In this document: positions 39,867-50,825 of the stretch, piece after piece
How positions within the stretch are numbered: position 1 is the first letter of the stretch
How the letters are laid out: each line of letters begins with the position of its first letter
Assembly: GCA_000708835.1 (NCBI GenBank)
Contig: DF237417.1
Location: 1-64,000 of the forward strand
Reading direction: 5' to 3'
Length of the DNA stretch: 64,000 bases
From: Klebsormidium nitens
Taxonomy: Eukaryota; Plantae; Klebsormidiophyceae
Translations under genes and position numbers: made by a program
The notes under the pieces: model-generated
Database searches by the model: none
The model's input: only the letters and a program-made list of their open reading frames with translations
Told to the model about the DNA's origin: nothing

Positions 39867-40852
39867 CCTCAAAAGCTAGGTCGACGAAAGTAGAACTACA
39901 AGCCATGGGGCACAGTCGGTTAGAAGTATACGAATGAAAGTCAAGCTCCGTGCATTCCGTTATGACAACACATAAGGCAAACAAAGGAGGGAAGAAAATG
40001 TAGTATGTACAGTACCGTTCGATTAGAAACTTCAGTTCCTTAGCCAAATGTAGTCCTGTACATAGTGACCTCATCAAGTCAAGTGGAAGTAAGCGACAAT
40101 ATGATGCAGCATACGGTAGATTGTGCCTCGATATGTGCTTGAACCTGGCATGTGTCGAAGACTTCTATCATGTATACTTGAAGCAATGACGTATGCATGA
40201 CGTTCCAGGACTCGAGTCCCTAGGTTTCAATGCATGTGATGTCGCCCGCAGGCGGCCACGGCCCAATTTGTCTATACTGGTATCGTACTGCTATAGAACT
40301 AGAGATCAAGCTAGCTAATTGAATCTATATCTCATGTATAGGATCAAGCGCGAATTCGTCAGCTTGTGCACATATATGCATGCATTCAGCTAGCTAGGCT
40401 GTCAATATGCATGCGCTAGCTAGTGCAGCCATGCATGTGCACTCATTCTCTGAGAAATCCGCATGCAGGCGACAGCCGCATTGCCTGCGCGGCGCGGCCC
40501 CGCTTACTAAACTCAAGCTAGCAATTCGAGTTGAGAAAGATGATATATACCATTGATGATATCCCGCGCCAGCATAAGTACGCGAGACTACATCATCAAA
40601 CGCAGTGTAAACCAATTTCAAGCAAGAATGTACGGTATGCCAAATCAAGGACAACATGAAGTGCAGAGCATGCATATATGCAATCAAGCCTATTGACGGA
40701 CATTGAACCCTGCCTTACCAGCTTGGGCATAATTTCACTGATGAATTGAATAGGAGACCAGCAGAGCTTTCAGAGAGTAAACCGAGCTGCGCCCGAAACA
40801 CTTGAATTCAAAGAATGAAATCTACATTAGACTCCGAACCTCGACTGCTTGA

Positions 40853-43800
40853 TCATAACCACTGGTTTTTCAGCTGGTTACGGTGCGCTATCGCTGCAGA
40901 AACAACGATTGCGCCCACAAGAATGAGGATCGTGAGCACTAGGAGAGCATAACTAAAGTCTTCCGTGAGGAGGTCGTAGGTTTTGCTGGGGGCGGTGCGC
41001 ATGTAGTAGAGATCGATCCCATACGCGAACATAAGCGAGTTGGACTCAAGTCGGGCGGGCGCTGTCGCGATGCCGCGAAGGCCCTCGACCTGCAAGCAAC
41101 GCCGATGCAAAATCGTTACAAAACAGCCTGGTTTAAAGATGTCGGTTGTTAGCCAAAATCGCTTCCAGCTTGTTTCGTCATTTAGGGGGACCACTGGCCC
41201 CACTTGTGGGGTCTGTATAACAAGATTGTAAGCGTGAACTCCGTGCCATTTCCAACCCCAGCTACGCCAAACTCACCACTTCACCTCAGAACTCCATTCT
41301 CAACCGTGCTTCAAAGACGTTCCTCGAACTTTGAATGGTATACATGCGTGAATGCTCTCCGGGTCATCACCAAGCCCGGATGCACCTTCTGTATGAAAGC
41401 TCCCTCTGTGGATGCTACTTAGATGAATAGCATTCTTAGACCTTCAAGGGGACTTCTGTAGAAAGATGTACAGGTCAGAATGATGGACCGGGCACTCCTC
41501 GGGGGACGGCCTCATCTGGTGGTTGTGCCTGATGAAGAGGGGCGGTAGGGATGGTAGCACGTCCCAGTGCGTTTGAACACTTTCTCAAAAGTTATGAAAC
41601 TTGATAAGGTAGAACCAATCCGGGTGAAATCAGAGCAACGAGACTCCTCGAGAAACGGGCTCATCTGGTGGTTGCGTTTGATAAAGAGGGGCGGTAGGAA
41701 GGGCAGCGCCTCCTGGACTCTTGAAAAGTTTTCCAGGAGCTCTAAAACTTGATCGAGCAAGAGTAGTCCGGGTAAAACCGATACATCGAGACTCCTCGAG
41801 CAACGGCACTTGGTGGTTGTGCGTGATGAAGAGGGGCGGTAGAAAGCAGCGCCTCCCAGACTTTTGAACAATTTCATAGAAGCTAACATGATTTGAGTGA
41901 ATAGCCCGGGGAAAGCCAAAGAAAATGAGACTCCTCGACAAACGGGCTCGCCTGGTGGTTGTGCGTGATGAAGAGGGGAGGGACAAAGGGCAGCGCTACT
42001 GGTCTAAGGACTTTTCTTTCAGAAGCTTCCACACATGATGGATTAAGAAACGGGCTCACCTGGTTGTTGTGCGTGATGAAGAGGGGCGGAAGGAATGGCA
42101 GCGCCTCTCGGTACTGGATGAGGCCCTCCTCCTGGTCTTGGGGCGTGACCACCTCGGGCCGGCGGGGGTCCACGAAGCGACGGTCCAAAGCCACGATCTG
42201 AAAGTGAGGAACATAGAAAGTGAATGAAAAATGCAACCTATGAAAACAAAGTGCAAGTTTCAGCCGCACTGTCCGTTGGAACATGGAAGAGTAATGTTAG
42301 TGGGGCCGGCAGGGGTCCACGAAGCGACGGTCCCGAGCGACAAATTGCAAAGGGGAACCAAGAAAGTGTAACAAGCTGTAGAAAGCAGCAATCGTCAAAA
42401 TTCTTGATAGAAAGCTTTTTGACTGAACATACGAAAGACTTCAAGCGGGCCGGCAGGGTCCCCGCGGCAAAAGTCCAAAGCCACAATCTGGAATATCCGA
42501 GGAGTAGGAGAAGCTCCGAAGTATTGGAAAAGAATGTCGCGCTTTACAGTAGAGAGGTATTAGTGGACGGAGGGAAGGCTGAAGGGCGGTAGCTCCGGAA
42601 GCGAGGGTCCACAGTCACAACCTGGAGAATGAAACTCAAGAGAGTGGAAAGCTGGGAAGTATGAGAAGGATTCGCATATGGGAGCCGCAATGTTTGTTGA
42701 GATGGGGATTAAAGTGGGGTAGACTTAAGAGGCCAGCAGAGGTCTATAGGAGGTCCAGTGCTATATCTGGGAGGGGAGTAGAAGCGTCAAGACTTGAATA
42801 ACCAAGTCTTGTCACAAAATCCGCAAAAACCGCACGAGTTGGAGTCTGCTAGCAAGATCAATATCTACTGTAATAACCTAGCAAATGAAATAGGGGGCGA
42901 TACAAAGAGGGAACAGGGGAATAGATTCAATAGAAGGCGATGCAATCAGAGGAAACAACTTCCAAAGACAATCCAGAGATTCCTCACCTGGTCCGAGCTC
43001 GTCCCGATCAGTACCTGCTTCCCTGTGATCCCCTTCGCGGTTAACGTAACCGCCATCATCTTAACCGTCTGAGGGAAGAAGTACGACTGCGCCACGACTT
43101 TGATTGGGGGGGGCGCGAGCGAAGACACTGGGACAGTCACGTTGGACCCCCCGAAGAGTGCGCCCAACACGTCGATTTTCTCGGAGTCGTGAGACTCGTC
43201 GAACATCTCGAGGGCGGAGATCTCGGGGCGGAAAGCGCGCGCGTTGAAGTAGCTGTATGCGATCCAGTTCTCACTGAACACGCCAGACACGGGGCCCTGC
43301 ACAAGTATCGAAAGGTGCTTCCTACTAATCCAATCACCGAACTCGCTTCTTACGGTGTTGCTTCCCTTTATTGTTTCTGTCTTAAAGGAGCTCTGAGGAC
43401 CCAGTTCTCGCCGCGGGCGCCACAAGCGAGACGCTGCGGGCGAACAAACTAACTTTGTTTGAACCTGCTTCATTTACCAGGTGTCACGTGCAAACTTTCG
43501 TGTTTTCGTAACGATAGTCGTCCAGTTCTTCGCACAACACAGAGCTACGAAAGCGGCCTGAATACGAACTTCTCGTTGCGTTTAGAGTCTTTAAGAATGA
43601 GAACGGTAGAATAACAGAGTTCCTTTAAGCTGCTGACCACAGACACCGCTGGCTCGAAGTTTCGTCCGCAACACCATCATCTCTTTCTCATGCATTCTCT
43701 GTGGTGCCATGCGTTGCTCCCCGTTACGTCTTCTGCAATCAAACAGTCCCGAACTGCTAGCCAGGACGTCTCTACCCATTGAGCTCAAGCGTAGATGACA

Positions 43801-46800
43801 CCACTAAGACGTGGGCTCACCTGTGCGTTCTGGTGCGTGACCCGGTACAGGACGCGGCCGGTGACGGTGTCAAGCAGGTAGGCGACCACGGAGCGCTCGT
43901 CGACTGGCTTGGAGGACTCGTCTGGCGTGGTGGTCGCCACGAAGATGGTGTTGCGGTTGAGGTACTTGTGGAGGACCTGGTGGTTGCCCAACATGCGCAG
44001 CTGCAGAGAAGGAACAATTGGTGTTTTTAAGGACCCGAGCACAGGAAGTAAGTAGAAGTTCGCCGCTGATCTCTAAACCTTCTCTCTTCTTGTTGCCTCC
44101 CTTATTGACATGACATGTTCCAAAAACGGTAAGGCATTTCCATTCGCAACCGTATTGGCCGAAACCCTTACCGGGTTGACCGCGTTGACCGAGACCAAAA
44201 CTTGAGCGACTAACCCCCTACTAACCCCCGCAGAATTCCTGCTTCGAACACGAAAATTTTAGAACCCCATACTAAACCCTTCATTGCAGAATTTCCAAGG
44301 GGGAGGACATTCTAGTTATCAGCTTTCTTTCCTCGCCTCCTTCTCTGTGCAGGCCCGACGTTGCCTGCTGCGTGTCGTCTTTCCTTAGCTTTTACATGTC
44401 GACTCTGGTTGCAATCCCTGTGCTCGCTGTTCTTGTTCACGAAACTCATCCGACTCATCAAATCACCGCTTCTCATCAGGAGAAACCAGAACAGTTCCAA
44501 TGTAAACGGCAAAATCGACTTACCTGCGAGTGAACGCTCTCTTCCGGCCGCCTCCCAAAGACCGCCGCAATCTGCTCCGTCTCTTTTGGGAACACAATGC
44601 TCCATAACTCCACCGACGAAGCCGCGGGGGATCCCTCGGAGCGTCCGGCGCTGTCCGGTGCTTGCAGGACATAGCCGGTGATCGTGCCCGCTTTCTTGTC
44701 CACCCTGGAGGAACGGAAAGCAGATTGGTAAGTGCGGAACGGAACCGGAAAATGAAGGGCGGAACACGGTTGAAGCCAAGGGGGATCCCTCAGAGCGTCC
44801 GGTGCTGTCCGGTGCTGCAACATGCAGCCGGCTGTGCCCGCTTCCTTGTCCACCCTAAAGGAAAGGAAAAGCAAACTTGCTGAGCGGAAAGGAACGAAAC
44901 GGAATGTGGAGTACTGTTGTAGGGCGTTCGTGCTTGCAAGGGGTGGCTAGTGACTGTGCTGGAAACGTTGATGGCTTATTATTGAGAGGTTCAGGGCCGT
45001 TCAAGGGCACGAAAATGTCATCATGGGCAGCTGAGAGTTTGCAGCGAGAAGCCACTGATCGTGGGCCCTTTCACTTGAAAAAGCAAATTTAAGGTTGCTT
45101 AGCACTGGAGCGCTTTTCATGGATCGAGTCTCATCTACTGAATATGCCGGCTTGATAAATCGCCCGACATCGACTCGATTGAAGTGGGTAGAACTAGGAA
45201 CTCCTTCCATCTTGCTTGGTTCACGGACGGCCAAGCCTGTGCTTTTTAGACATTGCAGACATCCTTCCGTCCACTTCGTGAGAAACTAACTCTTCCTGCA
45301 TGAGCTAGGAAAGATGCACTGGCAAAGCGACCCCCCGACTCACTTGTAGTAGAACGTCTTGCCCAGCAACCGCTCCCGGAAAAGCGCCCCCGCCTCCGCC
45401 GTCCCCGGCACCACGTGGGCTCCCCCCTCCGGGTCTACCAGCAGCACGAGCCGCTGTTCCGCCGGATCCTTCAACGGAAGCGGAATCACTTGGCTGACTT
45501 CAAATCCTAAGCTCTGTTTCCGGAGCACTGCGCCAGTGTGGCCATTCACCCAGATCATCTCCCCCTCCCCGCCAAGAACCATAATCTCAGGGGGAGTGCG
45601 CGGAGAGGACGGAGTGCGTGAGAGGAAGAGTCGTTGGGGCGATTTCGTGAGGGGTGGGGTCGACCAGATAACGCGGCCGTCCCCCGTGTGGAGTCCCAGG
45701 ACTTTGCCGCAGGAAGTCAGGACGACAATCAGGCGGCGGAAGCCGTTGTGGTCCATTGTGACCTTCATCTTCTCCGCGGAAAACTTGCGGGCGTTGGCGA
45801 GCTGCTGCTGCTCCTCTTCGGACGCCAGAAACAGGGTCACCTGCAAATTCGAGAGTATATGTGGTGCTTCAGCAAACTTGGTTAAAGAGAAGGTCAATGA
45901 TGAAACCTTCATCTTCTCCGCGGAAAACTTGCGGGCGTTGGCGAGCTGCTGCTGCTCCTCTTCGGATGCCAAAAATAGGGTTACCTGCAGATTCAGCAAC
46001 ATATGTGGAGATTAAGCACGTACCTGCGGACTTGGTTCAAGAGGAGGTCAATGATCGAGTTTTCAACTTTTCTTACGGCAAGTCTGCGGGCCGTTGGAAT
46101 CTGCTGCTGCTCCTTTCGGACGCCGGAAACACGGTTGACTGCCGATTTAGAGGTTCACATGGCAAGCCAGGAGCAAAGTTCCTAACTGAGATCTTTCAAA
46201 CAACTCTGAAAGAATGCACTATGTGGTTTGTAACAGAATCACAAGGGGTTCCAAAGAGGCAAGCAACAACGACGGGTTACCTGCTAAAGACACACTCGTC
46301 TCAGCAGATCAATCTGCTGTGTCGAAAGTGGAACGCAAAACTTGACACAGCGACGTCTTGCTGGACCGCACTCAAGAAATGCGAAAGCTTGGAGTCGTGA
46401 GAATCGTCTTCCCTGGAAGAAGATAATCCAACTTCTCCTCTAGCCCCACCCTTGCAGCCAGGAGCTACTTTTTTCTCACTCCTCGATGCCATGAAGTAGT
46501 GCGCCTTCATGCCAGTTTTATCCAAGGCGTTCGCAACAGCACTTCGGAACACATTAGCTATCCAACTCATTTACACGACCGGTAGAATCTCACACACAAT
46601 GGGAACGACACCTTTTTAAAAGAACCTTCATCGAATCCGACCCACCTTTGCGGCGAGCAGCTGGAGCTTGACCCACTCCTCGATGCCCTCCTCCACACGC
46701 TTCACGGCGCTCTCCTCGTCAGGGGGTAGGTTCACAAACTGCACTCCGACCACCCCCGCGAGCGCCTCCTCTCGCGCCCACACCACTTCCCCCTGCTGCA

Positions 46801-49800
46801 GTAAAGCGAGCGAGTCGTCCCCCCCCACCGCAAGAAACCTGTACCCCCACGTCCCGTCCTTCTTCAGATAGGGGTTGAGAAACACCCGCGAGAGGCCCCC
46901 GTGGTTACCCCCCCACTGCACACTCTCCGACTTGGAAACCACGTCCCCGGACTCGCAGCTGAGGACCTGCGCGGAGAGGAGATCGCCGCCGCCTCCCGGG
47001 GGAGTAGTGAGTGCTGCGACCACGGCTGGGTCTGTGAGCGAGTCCGACAGAACGAGACCCCCCTCGGACGGAGAAAGAACCGCCGTGCGTGACGGATGCC
47101 CGGTCTTTTCGTCAATCTTCAAAAGCACCACGCCGGCGCCGGTTGACAGCGCAACCGCGTTTCCGCTAACCCCCGGAAGCAGCTCCGCGCGGCCCCCTCG
47201 CGGGAGTTTGAACGGAAGCAGGTCTGCGGCGGACGCCTCAAACCCGGCAGACCTCTCCAGGGAGTGCGTAACGAGAGTGAGACCGTCGGAAGAGAGCGCC
47301 GCTACGTAGCCGTTTGCGAAGACGAGCGACTTGGTCGAGAGGGGTTGGAGGGGCTCGAATTCCATATGGGCCTTGTGGATGGCCTCCTCTTTGGTTTCCG
47401 AGGGGAAGTCGAAGGAGAGGATGGCGAGCTTGGAAGCCGCAGTGCCTTCCACGCCCAGGAAGCCGGCGGCGAAGAGGCGCTTGGCGGAGGGGTCGGCGTG
47501 CAGCTTTTGGATGCGGATGTCGCTGCAGTTTTGAGAATTTACTTTTGAGTTTTAGAATTTGATATTGAAGGTAGAATGGTCATGTAGCGCTTCAAGCGAC
47601 AGCAAAGGTGCAGTTTGACACGGTGTGAAGTGTCTTGACAGGTACGTTAGTGAGCAACTTAGGTTCCAGAAGATTGAAAAGTTGAGACCGCAAAGCTCTC
47701 AAAAACTTCGAAGTCTCTTGGGACCCGAGAGCTTAGCGGATGTTCATGGCAGGAGCGCACTTGTTCAAAGTGGAGCCATCAGAAGCAAAGAATCAACGTT
47801 TGCAAAGGTTCTCTAGGCGGCCGAGATATCAGAAGGGGTACATAAACCTTTTAAAGCTGCTAAGCACTTTGTACTCCGCAAATCCACCTATCTGGTCAGC
47901 AGTCTCCATTTCATGAACTGCCAATTCTTCCACGATAATCAAAAGATAGTGAGCGAAGCTTACGTGAGCATTCGGGTCCTCCACAGGAGCTCCCCCGAAA
48001 GTGCCGAGTAGACAAAGACGTTGTTCCCAGCCAGAATCGCAACATCGTTTGCACCGTCGCCGTCCCAATCAAACTGCGGAGAGAGGTGCATGTCTCGTGA
48101 CCAATCTTCGGAAAACGCGGCCTTGTGCCTTGAGACACTGCTTGCTTGGTTGGAAAATGTTGACGTTTTGCTGATAAGTCCACTTTTAGACGAATTTTGA
48201 AAAGATTGTTCCGATCCAATCTTCGGTCTAAGCTCCTGCAATTTGATTCATCAATGCAGCACACACATTCCAATCATGACAACTTTAGTGTCTGGCTTCA
48301 ATAAGAAGCATAGTACGACACTCACCGACAACAGGCCAATGTCCACCGGTGCATCAGGATCCTCCTTTGAGGACGACTGTGGTGCAACTTCCCACAAGAG
48401 GACCCCATCATTCGGGTTCCAGGACCGGACGTACTTGCCATCGCCAGATATTGTGATGATAGCTGCAAGGGACAAATGGCAAATGTTCTTACGCCCTCAT
48501 TCTCAAATCCGGGACTTTCTACATATTCTACGTTAAACAATCAGCTTGACAATCCAAGATCCTACCATATGTTGCAACCCAGATCAGAAGGCTTCTTCAG
48601 AAGACTGGATACTACGGATCGAAGTGTCCACAAAATCCTTAGTAGTAAGCAGACAAGCAAGCATGGATCATTGCAGAAAATGTTCAAATGTCGTTACTCA
48701 CTCCTCCCTGCACTCTCCAATGTCTGAATAGAGTCACCCTCGCCCAACAGATGGCGCCAAGCTGCAAAAGAAGAGCAGGAAACATGAGACGTTCCTGTGT
48801 TTACGAGGTTGGCTTCGTCTTTCTCACATGTGAAGGAATGGTAAAAGAAGACCAGAGCAAGCCTCCGTTGACAATAACGACGCCCTTTGAAGACTGTGCA
48901 GCTTCTCCACAAAAAGCAGCACCACTCAGGTGCATTCTGGCTGATATTTACAGATGATCGGACGCTAGTGAAGATTGGAGACGGCATCAAAGCTACCGCC
49001 TTGCTCGACTAAGAACCGTACCCTTCCGTGCCACCCTCTACCACCACCGTATCACCCGTTGAACATTCGCGGCGACAAATAATCATCAACAATGCAGAAC
49101 AGTCGATTAGTCGATACTCAGTTGGTCGTACCAATCTGTCCCGTCCGCAGATTGAGAGCCGCAAGGGCATTCTGCTCAGTCGCCACAAAGACGCGTTTCT
49201 TCTGTGTCCCCGAGGAGAAGACGGCGCTCTTCACACGCCCCACGTACTGCTGGTGCCTGCTCGTGCAGGCACACAAAACTAGGCGTCAGGAATAATTTGA
49301 AACCAAGTTGGCTAAACCCTCTTCTTCCTTGTGTTGTTCTTGAAAGACCCCCCAATGATCACCAAAGAAAAAGAAAATAAACAGAATACAAAGCACTGAT
49401 TACAACGAAAGTTCTACCGTAAGCTTGAATTAGCAACGTGGACAGGGGGACTGCGCTCGTCAAATCAACCTGCATTTGGTCGGAAAGCAGGCTAACAACC
49501 CGCAGTATGTGCAGAAGTGCACCTCAAATGAGTAACTTCGACCAGGCGGATCAAAGTTAGCCAACGACATGACCTCTACATCTGAAAACCGGGTGCTAAT
49601 CAGTCTGTGTGACAAAAAACTTACTCAATGAAGTGGCAGAGCGAAGAAAGACACTCCGCTGACGAGAATGACTGAAACCACCACGCCTCATAATATCAGA
49701 AAGAGTGGACATTGTTCATGATCACGAGAGTATCACGTGCTACAATTTTGCAGTGTCACATACCCCTGATTATGCTGCGCAACACTTCTGCATTCTGATC

Positions 49801-50124
49801 ATCCGAAATGATCAGTCTGCATATTCGGAGAGAAAAGCCGCCAGCAATTGAACTGTAAGCTAAACAACATTGGCACCAAAGCTGCCGCGATCGAAGATCA
49901 AGTTGCAATGCAAACAGCACCGAAGTAATCATCAAAGTCGCAACTTTGATTGTATGAGATATTCTAGGAGTGAACACCTAGTATCCAAACGACTTATTTT
50001 ATGTCTATCATGTTGCTGCTTACCAGTCCCACATGCCAACTTGATCCTCAAACAAGCCCTGCGCTAGTGGGGCGACCACCAAGAAAACCGTCGCAATTGT
50101 GAAGAATTTTTGAGCGCCTGCCAT
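40853..50124 (-). CDS. EMC1: ER membrane protein complex subunit 1, 983 aa
   Basis: Exons 50124-50024, 49256-49132, 48761-48702, 48462-48326, 48073-47964, 47522-46646, 45840-45344, 44704-44524, 44000-43821, 43296-42988, 42197-42060, 41089-40853 (2952 nt). Signal peptide, LFEDQVGMWDWHQQY.G, WAREEALAGV..V.FV.LP, DHNGFRRLIVVLTSCGKV, APARLESNSLMFAYGIDLYYMRTAPSKTYDLL.EDFSY, and a C-terminal TM helix. Confidence 0.97.
41495..42000 (-). repeat. Four degenerate tandem copies of the EMC1 exon-11 3' end and donor
   Basis: ctggtggttgtgcgtgatgaagaggggcgg-type block with boundaries at 41952, 41810, 41665 and 41516; real boundary 42060. Confidence 0.92.
42300..42630 (-). repeat. Three degenerate tandem copies of the EMC1 exon-11 acceptor and 5' end
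   Basis: gggccggc.gggggtccacgaagcgacggtcc-type block with boundaries at 42344, 42487 and 42621; real boundary 42197. Confidence 0.8.
44775..44865 (-). repeat. Copy of the EMC1 exon-8 acceptor and 5' end, 150 nt upstream
   Basis: tttag|GGTGGACAAGGAAGCGGGCAC...CCGGACGCTCTGAGGGATCCCCC (44854) vs real tccag|GGTGGACAAGAAAGCGGGCAC...CCGGACGCTCCGAGGGATCCCCC (44704). Confidence 0.9.
45880..46290 (-). repeat. Three tandem copies of the EMC1 exon-7 acceptor and 5' end
   Basis: Boundaries at 45984 (near-identical; encodes VTLFLASEEEQQQLANARKFSAEKMKV again), about 46139 (diverged) and 46280 (remnant); real boundary 45840. Confidence 0.9.
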
Positions 50125-50825
50125 GGTCCCACTTTTGGCTGGCAGCTCTTAAGACTTGTGATCGCTCTCCATCAAAAGTGTATGCGTCAAGACAAGTAGC
50201 TGCGCCAGATCGCCCAGGAGTCAACTAGAGACGAACGGAAGACCCAGGTAGAGCTAGTAGAGAGCACTGCAAGACGAAGAGTGGCCGCGCCGCGGCGGAT
50301 GTCCGCGGGGCGGCCGCGGCATGCCATGGCTGGCGCAAGTATCTAGACTGAGACCGAACAGGTTTTACCTCGTCTGCAACAATTATCGCTCCCCTGGCAC
50401 CGTCTGTGAAGAGCGGGTGTTCCGCTCTAGTTTCCGAAGTCAGTCCTGCCTGGCGCTGGCCTGGATTCGACGACGGCCTACTGTTTCGGTTAAATCGTAC
50501 CATCATCTGACGTCGAAAGCATTTGTCATCGAATATTTCTACCGAGCAAGTCCAAAGAGAACAGTGACACTGACAGTGACAGCCTGGCTGACTCACGCAC
50601 ACATGATCTCCCATGACCGCAAACTTGGATATATAGCTAGCTAGCGGGTCTGTCAGACGCTGACAATTCCATGGCGGCTGCTGCGGTGACTCCACATTCT
50701 GGTGTGTCTGGCAGAACGTCATCCTGTGCTTGGATACGAGCTTCGTTTCAAGGCCTCCGTTGATGCTCGGGTTGTATCCGGTGACCTGCACCCCATCGCT
50801 GACAGGACACTCGCAAGTTGAGGCC

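Noticed and set aside
40244-40281. GC-rich stem followed by CTGG-T as a Helitron 3' end
   Set aside because: On re-reading, the stem is too short and imperfect, and no matching 5' end or Rep/helicase remnant was found.
41495-46290. Echo arrays as pure misassembly
   Set aside because: Most copies carry many substitutions and indels relative to the exon and to each other, which duplicated-read artefacts would not produce. Only the youngest copies (45984, 5462, 57704) need long-read confirmation.
16363-50124. Functional cluster of ER/secretory genes (UFD1, TM9SF, HVA22, EMC1)
   Set aside because: These are common housekeeping categories interleaved with unrelated genes (SmB, F-box); co-location is plausibly chance.
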